DNA of 63,307 nucleotides, the filler included, from Octopus bimaculoides (taxonomy: Eukaryota): NCBI RefSeq assembly GCF_001194135.2. It is 7 parts of 7 records of this genome, joined end to end, with 100 filler letters (N's around TTAATTAATTAA, not from the genome) between each part and the next. Parts side by side here need not be neighbours in the genome. Positions count along the whole stretch, not along the records: positions 61,832 to 63,307 come from NW_026428306.1; 6 more parts are not named here. One strand, written 5' to 3'. The position numbers were made by a program, and so were the translations under genes. Below are positions 62,250-63,307 of the stretch, piece by piece; position 1 is the first letter of the stretch; each line of letters opens with the position of its first letter. The notes beneath the pieces are model-generated. The model was not told the origin of the DNA, ran no database searches, and was given only the letters and a program-made list of their open reading frames with translations.

Positions 62250-62700
62250 CGTTAACCATCATCACCAACGCCTCCAAAGTCAGCAAAGAGCAAAAATAAT
62301 AAAAACAGCAGCAACGGGTAGGGCTTCAAGAAAGCCTCCTCCTCCTCCTCCGACGCCGCCGCCACTACCACCACCAGCAGACCAATAACAATAACAACAA
62401 CAGTATCATCATCATCATCGTCGTTGTGGTTGTTATCCACTATCAGTAATATAAACACACTTTCAAGCCACATATCGTTACCAATCGCTATCATCATCAA
62501 TCCGTCCGCACAGAAGTCAAATAACGAACAAGAATAAAGACAACTACTGCTACTATTACTACTGCCACTGCTATTCCTTTAACAACAATACTATTCTTTT
62601 AACAAAACAACAACAACAACAACATCAATTGCTACTACTACAACTACTACTACTGCTGTTGCTGCTACAAGAACTACAACAATAACAAAACCAATAGGTA
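62250..62700. repeat. Compound degenerate trinucleotide low-complexity tract (CAN/TAC/AAC)
   Basis: Runs of cat, cct, cac, aac and tac; similar tracts at about 19560-19740, 39100-39700, 50690-50830 and 53130-53215. Confidence 0.8.
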
Positions 62701-63194
62701 ATAACATTGATGAATATTGTGGTTATATGTGTCAGTTTTATCTGCTAACATACACTAAAGTAATGTAAAAGCATGTATTAATGTTTATTTTATACGTATT
62801 TTATACGATTGTTAATATAGTCTTTGTTGCCGATTTTATATGGATTTTATATGAAGGCTAATATTCTCTTTGCGACCGGCTTCGGTTTAAGTGACTGCTT
62901 TTATCTTATTACATTTTATTTAGTAAAACTAAATTGATAGTAAATCGTAAAACAAAGGTTTGTTTCATGACATTGAAGGCGGAGCAGAAGAGGTTCCGCT
63001 TCCTGTCTGAATGGAGGCAAATAAACTGAAAGACGTAGACTTGCGCTTTATGTATGTGTATGTGAGTGAGTCTGTGCGTTCGTATGTGTGTGTGTGTGTG
63101 GGGGAGGTTGAGGGTGAGAGAAAGAGAGAGAGAGAGAGAGGAAAGGAATAGAGAGTAAAAGAGCAGAAACCTTGCCTATATTCTTTTACTTTTT

Positions 63195-63307
63195 TTTACA
63201 TTCTTTTACTTGTTTCAGTCAATTTTTTGACTGCGGCCATGCTAGAGCACCGCCTTTTGTCGGACAAATCGACCCCGAGACTTATTCTATATACATATTC
63301 TTGGTAT
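63195..63307 (-). mobile_element. SINE family B 3' tail
   Basis: ttcttttacttgtttcagtcaattttttgactgcggccatgctagagcaccgcc...gacaaatcgaccccgagacttattct. Confidence 0.85.

Overview
Eukaryotic, AT-rich, microsatellite-dense genomic scaffold with many N gaps. It is almost certainly from an octopus/coleoid cephalopod (inference from the tRNA-derived SINE families and microsatellite load). No prokaryotic features or CRISPR arrays; most entries in the ORF track are microsatellite or N artefacts. Three spliced genes can be reconstructed by eye. (1) Six in-frame + strand exons of GSTCD (597-10625; GST-C tail plus class I methyltransferase N-half); the C-terminal exons are not visible. (2) A complete-looking 3-exon, 179-aa secreted chitin-binding (CBM14/peritrophin-A type) protein on the - strand (28624->19277). 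(3) One + strand GAIN-domain exon of an adhesion GPCR (61341-61463), with a possible upstream exon that has a decayed tandem twin (48349-48779). The rest is a dense layer of repeats: at least four SINE-like families, RTE, R4/Dong-like, CR1-like and Penelope-like (PLE) fragments, four Tc1/mariner-superfamily fossils and three MITE/fold-back elements. Most notable non-coding signals: PLE-type minimal hammerhead ribozyme motifs (one with an intact catalytic core at 12816-12866), a strand-biased 43-bp hairpin (18042-18153), and inverted SINE pairs bracketing exons. I see no firm evidence of a wholly new biological system; the candidates are hypotheses from manual reading, and repeat boundaries are approximate.
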